Shown: one piece after another, positions 55,834 through 57,578 of the stretch
Position numbering within the stretch: position 1 is the first letter of the stretch
Layout of the letters: each line of letters begins with the position of its first letter
Notes under the pieces: model-generated
The model's input: the letters and a program-made list of their open reading frames with translations, nothing else
What the model was told of the DNA's origin: nothing
Database searches by the model: none
Translations under genes and position numbers: made by a program
Assembly: GCA_029932585.1 (NCBI GenBank)
Contig: JAOZPU010000003.1
Span: forward strand, 1 to 57,578
Reading direction: 5' to 3'
Source of the DNA: Spirochaetia bacterium
GTDB lineage: Bacteria; Spirochaetota; Spirochaetia; B11-G9
DNA length: 57,578 bases

Positions 55834-57578
55834 ATGGCTGAGGACAAAAATAATTCCCAAAATTATAATGAAGACAACGAAAATCTCTTAGAAACTGATG
55901 TTTCCAATGGATTTAATGAGGAAAAAGAACTTGAAAAATACGGTGTATGGGTTAAAGCCGGTCCTGAAGAAATAGATGATATTGATGACAATTTGGATTT
56001 CACTCTAAGCGATCTTAAGGAAGAAGAAGTAATTATTACTGATGAAGAGGAAGAAATTCTTGGTAATTTAGAAAAAGAACTCTCTGAAGAAAATTTAGAA
56101 ATTACAGACAATCTTTCAAATGTGAGTGAAGTATTAGAAGAAAATGATCTTGAACTTGATATTTCTGATCTTGATGATCTTGATGATCTTGAATTTGAGG
56201 AACTTACAAGTTCTACAGAAAACTCTGATAGTAATGTCAACGATGATCCTCTGGAAGAACCATTTGATCTGGATATCGATTTTGATGATGATTTAAGCGA
56301 AATAGAAGAATTTAATAAGACAACTGAATCAATATCACCATTAAATAATGAAAATCAGATTATTGATGATCTTGAAATTGATGATCTTGAATTGGAAGAT
56401 TTAGAACTTGATGATCTTGAATTGGGAGATTTAAATATTGAAGAAGAGAAGATTGAATTGGTAGATTTAGATGATGTTAAAGAAAGTATTGATATAGATC
56501 TTGATGATGATCTTGATATGGATTTACTATTAGATAATGAAGAAATTGAAGATTTAAATGTTGATCAACTTTTAGATGAAGACTTAAATCTTGAAGATGA
56601 AATTTCAGATATATCTAACGAAGATATTGAATTACTTGATCCTTCTGAAGGACTTGAAGAGATTTCTGATTTAGATACACCGGAAGAGATTGAAGAAGTA
56701 TTAGAACTCGATGAAGATTTTGACGAAACTGAAAAAATTATTGAAGATTTAACCGAATTTGATGATTTTGCGGAAGCAGAATTTGATACTAATCTTGTGG
56801 ACAATACTTCTAATCCAACTGAAAGTATTGAAAATAATAATATTGCTTCTGAAATTCTTAAAAAAATTGAACAGGAATTGTTATCGATAAAAAATGAGCT
56901 TCATGATGTAAAAAAAGAATTGTCAACTCTTCGTCCTGAAAAAAAGACTAATGAAACTATAGAAAATCCTGAACTTTTAGATGAATCAGGATTTTTTGAG
57001 GAAGATGAAGATGAAACAATAGCACTAACCGGAGATGAACTGGATAATATCCTTAATACTGCAGAAATCATAGAAGAAGCAGGATCTGAAACGGATTTAC
57101 CTGATAATTTTGAAGAATTAGAAAATTCCGATGAATTATTAGGAACAGAAAAGCCCTTGATTGATAAAGAAGATATAATAATCATTGAAGATGATTTAGT
57201 CGAAGAATCCGAAGAGGTTGTATCCATTGATTCTGAAATAAATATTGCTGATACAGAAGAACTTTTAGAAAAAATTGAAGTAATTGATGAAAAAGTTATT
57301 GAAGATAATGAAATAGATGAACTTTTTCCTGAAATTATTGAAGAAGATATTCATTTAACTGATTTAGACTCAGAAGATATAAATTTAAATATTGGACAGG
57401 TTGATGATCTATCAGAAGAAACGGAACTAGAAAATATTGAAGAATTAGACCTTGATACTGAAGAAGTTGATCTTGATATTGAGGAATTAGATCTTGTTAC
57501 TGAAGAAGTTGATCTTGATATTGAAGAAGTTGATCTTGATACTGAAGAAGTTGATATTGATATTGAAGAAATTGATCT
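55834..57578 (+). CDS. highly acidic repeat protein, 3' end outside window
   Basis: ATG at 55834 with AGGAG 6 nt upstream. I translated all 581 codons by hand and found no stop before the window edge. It is not in the ORF track because it lacks a stop. Confidence 0.75.
   Translation, partial: MAEDKNNSQNYNEDNENLLETDVSNGFNEEKELEKYGVWVKAGPEEIDDIDDNLDFTLSDLKEEEVIITDEEEEILGNLEKELSEENLEITDNLSNVSEVLEENDLELDISDLDDLDDLEFEELTSSTENSDSNVNDDPLEEPFDLDIDFDDDLSEIEEFNKTTESISPLNNENQIIDDLEIDDLELEDLELDDLELGDLNIEEEKIELVDLDDVKESIDIDLDDDLDMDLLLDNEEIEDLNVDQLLDEDLNLEDEISDISNEDIELLDPSEGLEEISDLDTPEEIEEVLELDEDFDETEKIIEDLTEFDDFAEAEFDTNLVDNTSNPTESIENNNIASEILKKIEQELLSIKNELHDVKKELSTLRPEKKTNETIENPELLDESGFFEEDEDETIALTGDELDNILNTAEIIEEAGSETDLPDNFEELENSDELLGTEKPLIDKEDIIIIEDDLVEESEEVVSIDSEINIADTEELLEKIEVIDEKVIEDNEIDELFPEIIEEDIHLTDLDSEDINLNIGQVDDLSEETELENIEELDLDTEEVDLDIEELDLVTEEVDLDIEEVDLDTEEVDIDIEEID
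57439..57578 (+). repeat. 21-nt (7-codon) tandem repeat, at least 6.7 copies, truncated by window end
   Basis: Units start at 57439, 57460, 57481, 57502, 57523, 57544 and 57565. They read GAAGAAGTTGATCTTGATA[CT]T and variants, encoding EE[VLI]D[LI][DV][TI]. Confidence 0.9.

Noticed and set aside
55863-57227. Three Ser-rich minus-strand ORFs (55863-56240, 56565-56804, 56901-57227).
   Set aside because: They are antisense shadows of the plus-strand acidic gene. GAA/GAT/CTT codons read on the opposite strand give TTC/ATC/AAG and, when frame-shifted, TCT/TCA Ser runs. The plus-strand frame is open for 581 codons with a good RBS, whereas these are fragmented.
1-57578. A search for CRISPR arrays, IS elements or transposases, integrases, prophage genes, TA pairs, restriction-modification systems or other defence islands. 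I also considered an alternative genetic code.
   Set aside because: I could not see any spaced direct-repeat array, terminal inverted repeats or recombinase-like ORF. tRNA flanks carry no integrase. All long ORFs are intact under the standard code, with TGG for Trp and mostly TAA stops. Composition looks uniform except for the stable-RNA genes.

Overview
This is an AT-rich bacterial chromosome segment (roughly 30% GC by eye, not computed). It is very densely packed: about 55 protein genes, 2 tRNAs and the RNase P RNA. The content is almost entirely core housekeeping.

Gene blocks:
- Plus strand: tgt (partial), murJ, HEAT-repeat protein.
- Minus strand: vWA membrane protein, long-form greA, TPR-like gene.
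- Plus strand: rpe, three envelope/TPR genes, dtd, recA, scpA-scpB-rluB-cmk-rpsA followed by a GAF/sigma-54 activator and a TPR gene, a CHASE2 nucleotide cyclase, a lipoprotein, a GlsB-like gene, mazG.
- A ~22-kb minus-strand run: membrane ORF, aroH-type chorismate mutase, map, tRNA-Thr, tRNA-Tyr, ykgJ-like, MBL hydrolase, micro-ORF, giant OmpA-anchored Ig-repeat protein, mltG, dnaG, rpoD, Zn-ribbon coiled-coil protein, rnpB, TPR gene, mreBCD-mrdA-rodA, fused radical-SAM protein.
- Then HAD hydrolase, an SPFH-like ORF, an unknown/thiN/unknown operon, a DUF1015-like gene, tsaC, and an ftsB-like gene.
- A very acidic repeat protein runs off the 3' edge. It is absent from the supplied ORF track because it has no stop codon in the window.

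A spirochaete-like source is suggested by the ~890-aa GreA, loose lipoboxes, many TPR/HEAT envelope proteins and the giant OmpA/Ig protein. This is inference only.

I found no CRISPR array, transposase, integrase, phage gene, toxin-antitoxin pair or recognisable defence module, and no sign of a mobile island. I therefore cannot point to a clear-cut new system. The best candidates for undescribed biology are:
1. The barrel-like + 8 Ig + OmpA envelope protein, whose modules alternate A/B.
2. The polyanionic protein with a 21-nt tandem repeat.
3. A GAF-sigma54 activator (GAFTDA variant) and CHASE2 cyclase neighbourhood separated by a terminator-like hairpin.
4. A Tudor-like motif inside the GreA N-terminal extension.
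5. A fused radical-SAM protein appended to the rod-shape operon.
6. Unknown proteins flanking thiN.

All functional calls come from reading motifs by eye. No searches were run.
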